Assembly: GCA_030583825.1 (NCBI GenBank) | Contig: CP129477.1 | Coordinates: forward strand, 622,491-686,490 | DNA length: 64,000 nt | Direction: 5' to 3' | Source of the DNA: Candidatus Dojkabacteria bacterium | Lineage (GTDB): Bacteria; Patescibacteriota; Dojkabacteria; GCA-002793355 | Shown here: in pieces, positions 1 through 8,444 of the stretch | Layout: the number at the start of each line of letters is the position of its first letter | How positions within the stretch are numbered: the stretch's first letter is position 1 | The notes under the pieces: generated by a model | Database searches by the model: none | Told to the model about the DNA's origin: nothing | The model's input: only the letters and a program-made list of their open reading frames with translations | Made by a program: the position numbers and the translations under genes

Positions 1-93
1 GTGTCCATATTTTTGTATTTTACCATTTTTTTGTTACAATTAATTACCTTCAGAAGAACTGTAAGGGATATTAAACTAAGTACGAACCATATT

Positions 94-405
94 ATGATGG
101 GATTTTTAGGAAACATGATGGGCGGCCAAATGGGCGAAGCCATGAAGCAAGCTAAAATTCAGCAAGATCGCTTAAAGAAGGTTGAAATTTTTGGTGAATC
201 AAAAGACCACCTTGTAAAAGTTCATATTAACGGATTACAGGAAGTAATTAACATCACCATTGATGATGTTTTGTTGCAACCTTCCAAAGCAAAAGATGTG
301 AAGAAAGGAATTATCGAAGCATTTAAAAATGCACAAGAAAAACTCCAAAAAGAACTTGTAAAGGGGATGGACATGGAGCAGATGAAAAAAATGCTCGGAA
401 TGTAA
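94..405 (+). CDS. ybaB: YbaB/EbfC-family nucleoid-associated protein (upstream part of the 1..405 ORF is probably non-coding)
   Basis: About 103 aa starting MMGFLGNMMGGQM...; the Gly/Met-rich N-terminus and the coiled region KQAKIQQDRLKKVEIFGESKDHLVKVHING are typical of YbaB. It lies immediately upstream of recR, the classic ybaB-recR pairing. Confidence 0.8.
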   Translation: MMGFLGNMMGGQMGEAMKQAKIQQDRLKKVEIFGESKDHLVKVHINGLQEVINITIDDVLLQPSKAKDVKKGIIEAFKNAQEKLQKELVKGMDMEQMKKMLGM

Positions 406-429
406 TTACTCTTGCTATTCTAAATCATT

Positions 430-1053
430 ATGGGAATTATCCCCAAGGCGTTAAAAGCGCTCACTCTCGATCTTCAGAGGCTTCCAGGTATTGGCCCTAA
501 ATCAGCCAGAAGGATTGCCTACTACATGTTTACCTTGCCTCAATCGCGTTTGGAATTTCTTTCGCAGACAATTAAAGAATTACAGCAATCTGTGACTGTA
601 TGCCAGTTTTGTCGCTTACTTTCAGATACAAATCCATGTGAAATTTGTGGTGATAGTGCAAGAAATCCTCTTGAAATATGTGTCGTCGAAGATAATATGG
701 ATGTTTTCGCTATTGAAAAAGCGGGAACTTACAAAGGAGTTTACTTTGTGCTTGGAGGAATTCTTTCTCCTGCCAAAGGAATCGGTATTGACGATATTGC
801 TATTTCAGCATTACAAAAGCGAGTGAATGATGTTCTCAAACAAAAAAATAATGGTACAGTTGAGATTATCCTGGCATTAAGCCCTTCAACAGAGGGGCAA
901 ACAACTTCTTTATACATTAAGGAACTCTTTGCAGAAAACGAAAAAGTTTCTGTAACTCGATTTGCTATCGGGATCTCCGTCGGTTCTGACCTCGATTATG
1001 TAGACTCTTTCACATTGCAGGAAGCAATGAAAGGAAGAATCAAAGTAGAGTAG
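430..1053 (+). CDS. recR: Recombination protein RecR
   Basis: N-terminal helix-hairpin-helix LPGIGPKSARRIA, a C4 zinc finger (CQFCRLLSDTNPCEIC) and a Toprim domain (ICVVEDNMDVFAIEKAG...); 207 aa. Confidence 0.9.
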   Translation: MGIIPKALKALTLDLQRLPGIGPKSARRIAYYMFTLPQSRLEFLSQTIKELQQSVTVCQFCRLLSDTNPCEICGDSARNPLEICVVEDNMDVFAIEKAGTYKGVYFVLGGILSPAKGIGIDDIAISALQKRVNDVLKQKNNGTVEIILALSPSTEGQTTSLYIKELFAENEKVSVTRFAIGISVGSDLDYVDSFTLQEAMKGRIKVE

Positions 1054-1159
1054 CGCATTCCCCGCAGGTTTTATTCTTTCTTAGCAGTTGCTGAGATATT
1101 TGCAAAATTTTTCACTTTCTGGATATAATGTCCGTAGTAGTTAAATCTACACGGAGAGA

Positions 1160-4100
1160 ATGTCTTTACTGCTCAAAACAATACATACGCTATATGCCCT
1201 TTTAGTGGCATTCTTTGTAGCATTTGTAGGAGGATTTATCCTCCTTTTTCCGCAGGTTCATTCTCCTGCAAAAATAACTCAAACATGTGTACTTCCTGAA
1301 ACTATTCACGGTAATGTTGAAATTGTTTCAAGTTCAATTGAAACAGCAATTGATTGTCGTCGCCAAGATGTTATTGTCGCTGAAAATGGTAAGCTCACAT
1401 TTATTGGTGCTACAGGCGAGACAGCATCGCCGGAAGTCCGTGTAAGATCATTAACAGTTGCAAATGGTGGAAAAGTAGATGTCGTGGCTATTCAGAATGC
1501 AGTCACTCCAACAATTCTCTTTGCCGGAACAGTATCAATGCAGGATCAGACTGTTAGTAATTCTGCAAAAGTATCTCAGGAAGGCAATTTAGTTGCATTT
1601 AATGCTCAAGTTTTAAGCGTGAATACAAATGAAGAACAACCTTCAGATAGCTCATATATTCAGCTTTCTAATGCATACCAATCTCCAGAAGTTCTTGGAG
1701 AGTCTGTAAATCAGGTGGTAGAGAAGGTGTTCAATGGTTTTTCACTGGAAGAGTTTGTCGCCTCAGCATTGCAGTGCTCACAAGTTTCAGCGATTGAAAG
1801 AGAAAATAATGACAATTGCTATTCTAATAATAGCCAATTGATTGCATCTACAGACAATCCAACATCTTTGACTGTTGCTGCTATTAGCCAAGAAGCACAA
1901 ACATTCTCACGTGTGGCATCAAATAGAGATATTGCGGCGGATGTGCTTGGTGCAAGTGGAAAAATAGTGAATCTGGGCGGAGTTGTAAACCAAAGCGGAC
2001 AGGTAACTCTGAGGGCTGAGGTAACACCACAATTTTATTTTGAAGCTCCAAAGCATATTCAGTTGGAGTTTGAAGTTAAGACGGTGCAAGACGCATTTGA
2101 CGGAACGACCGGAATGTTTTTGTCCGAGCCGGTATTTACAAATGGAACAGACCCCGTCAGTGTTAGTACGACAATAGATTATCTTCCGCAAAATCAGTCG
2201 TTTAAGTGGAGAGTGCGTGTTGTGGAAGTTGCCACCGGTGATAGAGGAGAATGGGTATCATTTGGAGAGAATGGTGAAGAAGAAGCAGACTTTGTTGTTT
2301 CATCTGCAAGCGCACTTAGGCTCGAAGCAGAAAGATATTCATTAGGAACAGAAGATAAAATCACCATTACGGTTACAGCTCTTAATGAAAATGGCCAGCC
2401 TGACGTAGATTACGGAGGTGTTATTCGCTTTAGAAGCGATAGTACTTCTGCAGATTTACCAAAAACATATCGCTTCACCAAAGCAGACAAAGGAACAAAG
2501 GCATTTACAGCGAGTGTGAAGTTTTATGAGCCAGGAGTTCGTTATATTACTGCATTTGACGCTGTAAATAGTTCACTAACAAGTACAGCAGCATTTACTG
2601 TAACACAAAGAGAAACTGAATATTTTGTACTGACAGCAAATAACTATTCACTTTACCGTGGAGAAAGAGCAACTATGATGTGGTCAAGTCGCGGTATGAC
2701 ACAAATTTTGTTACCAAATGGTGAATCAAGCGACCTGGCTGCGGGAACATTCGAAGTAACTCCATCAGAGGATGAGTATGTTTCAGTAAGGGCGATGACT
2801 CCAGAAGGGGTGACTGTATATGCAGGTGCAAATATTACAGTGAATAATGCAGATGTAGATCCACTTACTCGTGAAGATATTGATCCTGCACTGGAAAGAC
2901 AGCGTCGTATAAATCGAATTGCTACACCTGAAGTACAAGGAGTAAATACGGTCGGCGGAATTGCAAGTGAGCTTTTCCCAGACTATCTCCCGGAAGTTTT
3001 TAATGAAAATACAGAAATTCAGACGATTGATGAACCAAAGGTTTGCCCAACAATTGAATATTTCTCATATGACAAGCCATTTATTAAGGGTGGCACAATA
3101 GTTCACTTCTCGTGGAAAGTGAAAGATGCAGAACAGGTTGTTATTGACGCAATTCCGGGAAATCTTTCGTTACAGGGGCATGCCGCAATGTCAGCAGATG
3201 AAACATCTACAATTACCTTAAAGGCGATTGCAGGAACTTGCCATAGGACAATGAGCCTTCCAATTACTGTTGTCAGCGTGTATCCATGGGAAGCAACAGG
3301 TGCCTGGATTATCGGCATTATTTCTCTTGAAACACTTGGTCTTGTATTAGTTCCACTCGCAGCGCCAGGAGTGAAGTTTAATCTCTTCTTTGGTCTTGCA
3401 TCCGTGGTTGATCGTCTTATGAAACGCCGAAAGTGGGGAGTTATTTTCGATACAAACACAAGAAAACCAATTGCAGGAGTAAAAGTTTCAGTCTATTCGC
3501 CTGATAAGAAAATTCTTTATGATTATGCAATGTCAGATAATTACGGAGGAATCTACCTAAAGAACGTTGCTCCGGGCAAATATCGAATCGAGCTTGAAAA
3601 AGTGGGGTACACTCTCGGTTTAGGTAAAGTATCTAAAAAGAGCGGAAAATCTCGCAAAGTTACAGGAGAAAAATACTTTAATGCTATTACGTCTTCGTTA
3701 GTAACAGTGACAAAAGATGGCCTTGCGCAGCAATACAACTTCCCAATGACGGAGAATAAAAAAGAAACAAAGAAATTGATGTATCATGTCATGTTGCTCT
3801 TAGAGGAGCTTGCAACTGTCTCGTTGCCACTTTTCACAATTATAGGAGGAGCATATGCGGTTGCAATCACGCTATTATATCCGGTTACCATGAATTTGAT
3901 GCTTTTGACGATGTATCTGCTTATTGTTCTGGCAAAAATGCTTAACTATTTATTCACTCGGTATACAGTTGGACAGGTAAGAACAGTCACGGGAATCCCA
4001 GTCGCAAACGTTCAAATTGCCTTGTATGATCGCAAAAGTGAGACACTTATTGCTCGCACAACAACAGATAAGTCTGGAAGGTACGTGTTTTTTGCCGCAA

Positions 4101-4255
4101 AGGGTGACTATAATATCGCAGTTGTGGACTCAAACTATAGATTAGTAAATAAAGGCCGTTCAAAACTCGGAATTACCGTTACAAATAAAGAGCAGACTGA
4201 AGATCAAATTTCTGTAGGCAAGAATATTACAGTGTATCCTGCGATGCCTTTGTAG
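1160..4255 (+). CDS. Giant membrane-anchored surface protein (paralog 1 of 3); Ig-like repeats, conserved C-terminal module, two carboxypeptidase-regulatory-like (CarbopepD_reg) domains separated by TM helices
   Basis: 1031-aa ORF with an N-terminal TM/signal segment (LYALLVAFFVAFVGGFILLF) and a long extracellular region. The C-terminus carries the motif KRRKWGVIFDTNTRKPIAGVKVSVYS...GKYRIELEKVGYT, then hydrophobic helices, then a second similar domain GQVRTVTGIPVANVQIALYD...SGRYVFF...GDYNIAVVD. Confidence 0.75.
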   Translation: MSLLLKTIHTLYALLVAFFVAFVGGFILLFPQVHSPAKITQTCVLPETIHGNVEIVSSSIETAIDCRRQDVIVAENGKLTFIGATGETASPEVRVRSLTVANGGKVDVVAIQNAVTPTILFAGTVSMQDQTVSNSAKVSQEGNLVAFNAQVLSVNTNEEQPSDSSYIQLSNAYQSPEVLGESVNQVVEKVFNGFSLEEFVASALQCSQVSAIERENNDNCYSNNSQLIASTDNPTSLTVAAISQEAQTFSRVASNRDIAADVLGASGKIVNLGGVVNQSGQVTLRAEVTPQFYFEAPKHIQLEFEVKTVQDAFDGTTGMFLSEPVFTNGTDPVSVSTTIDYLPQNQSFKWRVRVVEVATGDRGEWVSFGENGEEEADFVVSSASALRLEAERYSLGTEDKITITVTALNENGQPDVDYGGVIRFRSDSTSADLPKTYRFTKADKGTKAFTASVKFYEPGVRYITAFDAVNSSLTSTAAFTVTQRETEYFVLTANNYSLYRGERATMMWSSRGMTQILLPNGESSDLAAGTFEVTPSEDEYVSVRAMTPEGVTVYAGANITVNNADVDPLTREDIDPALERQRRINRIATPEVQGVNTVGGIASELFPDYLPEVFNENTEIQTIDEPKVCPTIEYFSYDKPFIKGGTIVHFSWKVKDAEQVVIDAIPGNLSLQGHAAMSADETSTITLKAIAGTCHRTMSLPITVVSVYPWEATGAWIIGIISLETLGLVLVPLAAPGVKFNLFFGLASVVDRLMKRRKWGVIFDTNTRKPIAGVKVSVYSPDKKILYDYAMSDNYGGIYLKNVAPGKYRIELEKVGYTLGLGKVSKKSGKSRKVTGEKYFNAITSSLVTVTKDGLAQQYNFPMTENKKETKKLMYHVMLLLEELATVSLPLFTIIGGAYAVAITLLYPVTMNLMLLTMYLLIVLAKMLNYLFTRYTVGQVRTVTGIPVANVQIALYDRKSETLIARTTTDKSGRYVFFAAKGDYNIAVVDSNYRLVNKGRSKLGITVTNKEQTEDQISVGKNITVYPAMPL

Positions 4256-4363
4256 GCTCTATTGAGGTTTCCTTTACACTTTTTCCTGTGTCGCTTTAGT
4301 GATATAATTCGTGTATTGCAATTTCATGATGTTTTGAGCTTTGGATGCTGAATTGCATGACAT

Positions 4364-4435
4364 GGATCGTTAGCTCAGTGGTAGAGCAGTCGGCTCTTAA
4401 CCGATCGGTCGGGGGTTCGAGTCCCTCACGATCCA
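4364..4435 (+). tRNA. tRNA-Lys (anticodon CTT); CCA not encoded
   Basis: Manual cloverleaf: acceptor GGATCGT/ACGATCC, D-arm GCTC-AGTGGTA-GAGC, anticodon stem GTCGG/CCGAT with loop CTCTTAA (anticodon CTT), T-arm GGGGG-TTCGAGT-CCCTC, discriminator A. It is followed by a terminator hairpin and a T-run. Confidence 0.85.
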
Positions 4436-4790
4436 AAGGTGAATTTTCTCTATGGAATAGAGAGGGTTCACCTTTTTTGTTTAATAAAGGGACTCGAAGC
4501 TGAATGAGAAATAGCAGCTGCTCCTGCTATTTCGAGTGAAGAAGGGGTCGAGGAGTATACCTTGGTATTTCAATATAATACGAGGTGACCGAGTCCCTCA
4601 CGATCCAAAGTGGAGTTTTTCCTACGAAGTAGGAGGAGCTCCACTTTTTGTATTGTATGAGAACCCCGTAATAATTGACGGTTCGACTTGAGTGAAACGA
4701 AAGAGCCGGAGGCGGGGATCCCTCACGATCCAAAGGTGAATTTTCTCTATGGAATAGAGAGGGTTCACCTTTTTTGTTTAAATCGGGGCT
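4419..4790 (+). repeat. Three direct copies of the tRNA-Lys 3' end (approx. CGAGTCCCTCACGATCCAAAG) each followed by a terminator-like hairpin; copies at about 4419-4483, 4591-4650 and 4714-4783
   Basis: Copies 1 and 3 are nearly identical for ~90 nt, including the post-hairpin TTTTTTGTTTAA..GGGaCTCGAA. Copy 2 keeps the 18-nt tRNA 3' end but has a different hairpin (GTGGAGTTTTTCCTACGAAGTAGGAGGAGCTCCAC) that preserves pairing. Confidence 0.8.
4438..4480 (+). terminator. Intrinsic terminator after tRNA-Lys
   Basis: Hairpin GGTGAATTTTCTCTATGGAATAGAGAGGGTTCACC followed by TTTTTTGTTT. Confidence 0.7.
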
Positions 4791-4881
4791 CGAAACTCGA
4801 GCAAGATCGCATTCTCATAAAAGTTGCATTTATACATAGTTCTGGTAGGCTAATTTATATAGATAACCGAAGAATTCTGCT

Positions 4882-7800
4882 ATGTTAAGGCATCGTATGG
4901 CTAAATTATTTCCACTGCTTGCTATTTCCGGATTTATCGTATTATCTACATTCTTTTTGTACCATCTCAGCCTTTCTCTTACTGAGCGAAACTTTTTTAC
5001 TCAAGGCGAAGTTCTAGGCCTGGGAACACAGAAATCACCAATTTTACAATCTCTTCGTTCTCTTGACCCAACATCAGAATTATTTAGAACACGTCTTGCG
5101 GCTGATGATTCTTATTACACACTGACAAAAAATGAGAATGATATGGACGTGGATATGACTGCAGGCGTTGATAATATCGCGCTTATTGGAGGGGAAGATA
5201 TATACGTACTTTCTCGGTACGAAGCAAATGGCTCGTATGATTGGTCTCTTGCTTTTTCAGATGCCGGTAGCGATCGCAGGATTCGTGATATGGAAATCGC
5301 TTCGGATGGTGCAATTGTTCTCGTCGGAGATTTTAGTACTACATTCGATTTTGATCCTACGGCAGGAACTGATTCAATTGCTCCCATTAGCTTACGGGAT
5401 GCGTTTTTTACGAAAATCAATTCTGATGGTACGTACGCATGGACAAAATCAATAGGATCATCTAATCCTTCATTAAGCGTCGAAAGTGAAAATATCGCAG
5501 TTGATTCCACTGGAGGAATTTACATTTCTGGAATGCTTGGTGGAACAGTAGATTTCGATCCCGGCCCAGGGGTTGCAGATAAAGATGGCCCAGGCAATTA
5601 TCTTTTAAAGTTAGATTTGGCAGGTGATTTTGAATGGGTAAGAGTGATAGAAATGGCAATTGATTCCATTGCTGTAAACAATGCAACTGGTGCGGTATAT
5701 GTTGATGGCTCATTTTGGGGAACAGATATTGAGTTCAATGACTCAGGGGTAGGCTCAGATACTCATACAGCAACAGGTGTTAATGTAGATGATGTTTTAG
5801 TTCAATATCGAACGAATGGTGACTATGGTTGGTCGAGAGTAATTGAATCAGACGGAGGATTGTCTAACTCTGCATATGAATTTGTTAACGTTTCTCCGTT
5901 TAATGATCAGGTATATTGGGGGAACTTCTTGTCTGACTCAAGTATTGATGCTGATGGAACAGTAGGTGTAGATACAATAAACAAAGTTAACACCGATCCC
6001 GCAGATAGCGATTTTGTTCTCATTAGATATGAAGATAATGGTGATTATGTAGGAGGAAGAACAATTACTGGAGACCAGTACAGTATTGACATTGCAGATA
6101 TGGTATTTGGCCCAACAGGCGAAATATATATTGCAGGCTCTATTTATCCATACGACACATCTCCTATTGATTTAGATTATACAGAAGGTGTTTTTATGTA
6201 TACTCCAGCCTCGGATTGGGGAGGAGGGTATATTATGAAAATGGAAGAGGATACTGATTTTGTATGGATATATCCGACATATGATCCGACCGAAAATTAC
6301 GGAACATATCTATATAACATTAACCGTACAAGTGCTGGACTTCTGATGGTTTCAGGTGTGTACGGTGGGTTAATTGATATGAACCCTTCACAGCATACGG
6401 TGACTAATCTTCCATTTATTGATGGCGGTGACTACGGTGGTTTTATTGCATTCTATACAGACGGCTTCATGACTTACATTGCAAACCTCGACCCTTCATT
6501 AAGAGTGGTTGATCAGGGAACCAGTTTTGATGCAGAAATCGCTTCGGAAATATTTATGTCTGGAACGAGGACGGTAAGGCTAAGAGAAGATTCTACGAAC
6601 CTGCTCCTTGCAGATGCTTTTACTCAAATGAATGAAATTCGCGATTGGGCGACTGTCCAAGGAGAAACTGATCTTGCACTAGAAAAAACATATGTGGGAT
6701 CGCTTCAGGGAAATGACGGAGTTTCAGGCAACATTGATATTTATGTACCTATAGACGATCTGAATGATAACTCTGTTGTTGTTTGCCCACTAGCAGTGTC
6801 CATTGTTGAAGTTGCCACAAACTGTCCCTCTGCTATTATTCTTGCTGAAAATGCACCGAGTGTTTCTAAAGTGAATATTGCAAGCCAGGATTACTGGAAA
6901 GTAACAGGATTAACTAATGGTGGTGTAATCTCTCATACGGTTGTTATCACGCCAACTCCAAGCTCCTCGCCAACGGTTTCGCCAAGTCCTACCGTGACCC
7001 CAACAAGTACGCCAACTTCTACGCCCACACCGACTCCAACCGCAACAGAAACTCCAACGCCTACCATTACGCCAACTTTGACTATAACACCAACAAATAC
7101 TCTTGCGATAACTCCGTCGCCAACCCAGTCATTTACTTCGGGCGACACAAATGTGTCGTGTCCTACAATTACAACCTTTTCTGCTAACAAAACTGTTATC
7201 ACTCCAGGTACAGCAGTCTCATTTGCATGGAGTGTTTCGAATACCGACCATGTGGATATTATTCCTTACATAAATAATGCGCCATTCTCCGGTAATAGAA
7301 TAGAAACAATTTCGCTTGATCAACAAATTACTCTTGTTGCAACAAAAGGGGATTGTGTCAGAGAAAAAACAATCACTATTATGACTCAACCAGTTGCGCC
7401 GGAAACGATTACCTCAGGATTAGTACTCGGTTTTGCTGCTGTAGAAATTGCAACAGTCGCTGTTTCTTCTGTTGTCGCACCGGTTGTAAGCTCAAGTCAC
7501 AACATGTTTTCATTTGGATTCGCAATGATAGACAGACTTCGCAGACGTTACCCATGGGGAGTTGTCTACGACTCAAAAACGAAAAAACCTCTGGGTAGAG
7601 CAATTATTAGAGCAACAAATACCCAAACAAAACAAGTTATTACCAGCGTGACCGATGCCCTCGGCGTATTCCGAATTTTCTTAAAGCAGGGAACGTACAC
7701 AATTTCGGTTACAAAAACTGACTATGAATTTCCATCGAAACTGATTACAACAACAGAAGATAAAGGATATATGAATGTGTACCACGGCGAGGAATTTACT

Positions 7801-8337
7801 GTTCACACAGACGGAGAGTTAGTAATGAAAAGTTTTCCGATGGATCCTGCAGGAGAGACAAAAGTCTCATCACTTTTGAACCTCTGGATCAGTATCAGCC
7901 CGTACTTGGAATATCTTAACTCGTTTGTGCTGTTTGTTGGTATTGGGTTAAGCTTATATACCGTAGTTGTAAACCCAACATTATCAAACTTCCTACTAAT
8001 CGCATTTTACTTGGGTCTTGCTATTACAAAGCTTCTTCTGTTGCAAGTTCCAACCGCGGGAACGGTGAAAGACAGCCAAGGCAATCCTGTCAGAGGAATG
8101 GAAATTGGACTATTCGATGGTGAATTTAAAAACCTCGTTGCAACAACGTTTACTGACGATAAAGGTCAGTTCTCTTTCTACGCCAAAAATGACGACTACA
8201 CCATAAAAGTACTCGATTCCAAATATGAAATGGTAACTGAGAATATCATGGAAGGTATCAGAATACCTAAAGAAGGCGGAAACAATGGCGGAAGAGTAAT
8301 TATGACCGACTTAAAAGTGCGACAAAAAGCCTCATAA
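4882..8337 (+). CDS. Giant surface protein (paralog 2 of 3); SBBP-type beta-propeller repeats, PT-rich linker, conserved C-terminal module, two CarbopepD_reg-like domains flanking a TM hairpin
   Basis: 1151 aa with an N-terminal TM/signal segment. Repeats of the form DFDPTAGTDS...DAFFTKINSDGTYAWTKSIGSS resemble SBBP beta-propeller repeats. A TPTPTSTPTPTPT linker is followed by SFTSGDTNVSCPTITTFSANKTVITPG..., then RRRYPWGVVYDSKTKKPLGRAIIRATN, TM helices, and GTVKDSQGNPVRGMEIGLFD...GQFSFYAKNDDYTIKV. Confidence 0.75.
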   Translation: MLRHRMAKLFPLLAISGFIVLSTFFLYHLSLSLTERNFFTQGEVLGLGTQKSPILQSLRSLDPTSELFRTRLAADDSYYTLTKNENDMDVDMTAGVDNIALIGGEDIYVLSRYEANGSYDWSLAFSDAGSDRRIRDMEIASDGAIVLVGDFSTTFDFDPTAGTDSIAPISLRDAFFTKINSDGTYAWTKSIGSSNPSLSVESENIAVDSTGGIYISGMLGGTVDFDPGPGVADKDGPGNYLLKLDLAGDFEWVRVIEMAIDSIAVNNATGAVYVDGSFWGTDIEFNDSGVGSDTHTATGVNVDDVLVQYRTNGDYGWSRVIESDGGLSNSAYEFVNVSPFNDQVYWGNFLSDSSIDADGTVGVDTINKVNTDPADSDFVLIRYEDNGDYVGGRTITGDQYSIDIADMVFGPTGEIYIAGSIYPYDTSPIDLDYTEGVFMYTPASDWGGGYIMKMEEDTDFVWIYPTYDPTENYGTYLYNINRTSAGLLMVSGVYGGLIDMNPSQHTVTNLPFIDGGDYGGFIAFYTDGFMTYIANLDPSLRVVDQGTSFDAEIASEIFMSGTRTVRLREDSTNLLLADAFTQMNEIRDWATVQGETDLALEKTYVGSLQGNDGVSGNIDIYVPIDDLNDNSVVVCPLAVSIVEVATNCPSAIILAENAPSVSKVNIASQDYWKVTGLTNGGVISHTVVITPTPSSSPTVSPSPTVTPTSTPTSTPTPTPTATETPTPTITPTLTITPTNTLAITPSPTQSFTSGDTNVSCPTITTFSANKTVITPGTAVSFAWSVSNTDHVDIIPYINNAPFSGNRIETISLDQQITLVATKGDCVREKTITIMTQPVAPETITSGLVLGFAAVEIATVAVSSVVAPVVSSSHNMFSFGFAMIDRLRRRYPWGVVYDSKTKKPLGRAIIRATNTQTKQVITSVTDALGVFRIFLKQGTYTISVTKTDYEFPSKLITTTEDKGYMNVYHGEEFTVHTDGELVMKSFPMDPAGETKVSSLLNLWISISPYLEYLNSFVLFVGIGLSLYTVVVNPTLSNFLLIAFYLGLAITKLLLLQVPTAGTVKDSQGNPVRGMEIGLFDGEFKNLVATTFTDDKGQFSFYAKNDDYTIKVLDSKYEMVTENIMEGIRIPKEGGNNGGRVIMTDLKVRQKAS

Positions 8338-8444
8338 TGCTTTTGAGGAGCTTGATCACAATGTGTTGAAGTTTCCCTGAAATTTCCAAAAGAGGGGAGT
8401 GATATTCCTGTCATAAAAAATGTAGTACACTGTCAGTAAACTAT

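Noticed and set aside
638-826. 62-aa + strand ORF inside recR in another frame
   Set aside because: Fully nested within the well-supported recR coding frame; no independent signals.
4364-4881. Resident prophage or integrative element at the tRNA-Lys repeats
   Set aside because: The intervals between the repeat copies are only ~60-200 bp and non-coding, and no integrase, recombinase or phage ORF flanks the site. Only scar-like repeats are claimed.
6933-7202. Minus-strand ORF translating to GVGVGV... repeats (and a similar one at 9803-10066)
   Set aside because: These are the antisense reading of the Pro/Thr-rich (ACN/CCN) linkers of giant paralogs 2 and 3; a low-complexity artefact, not genes.
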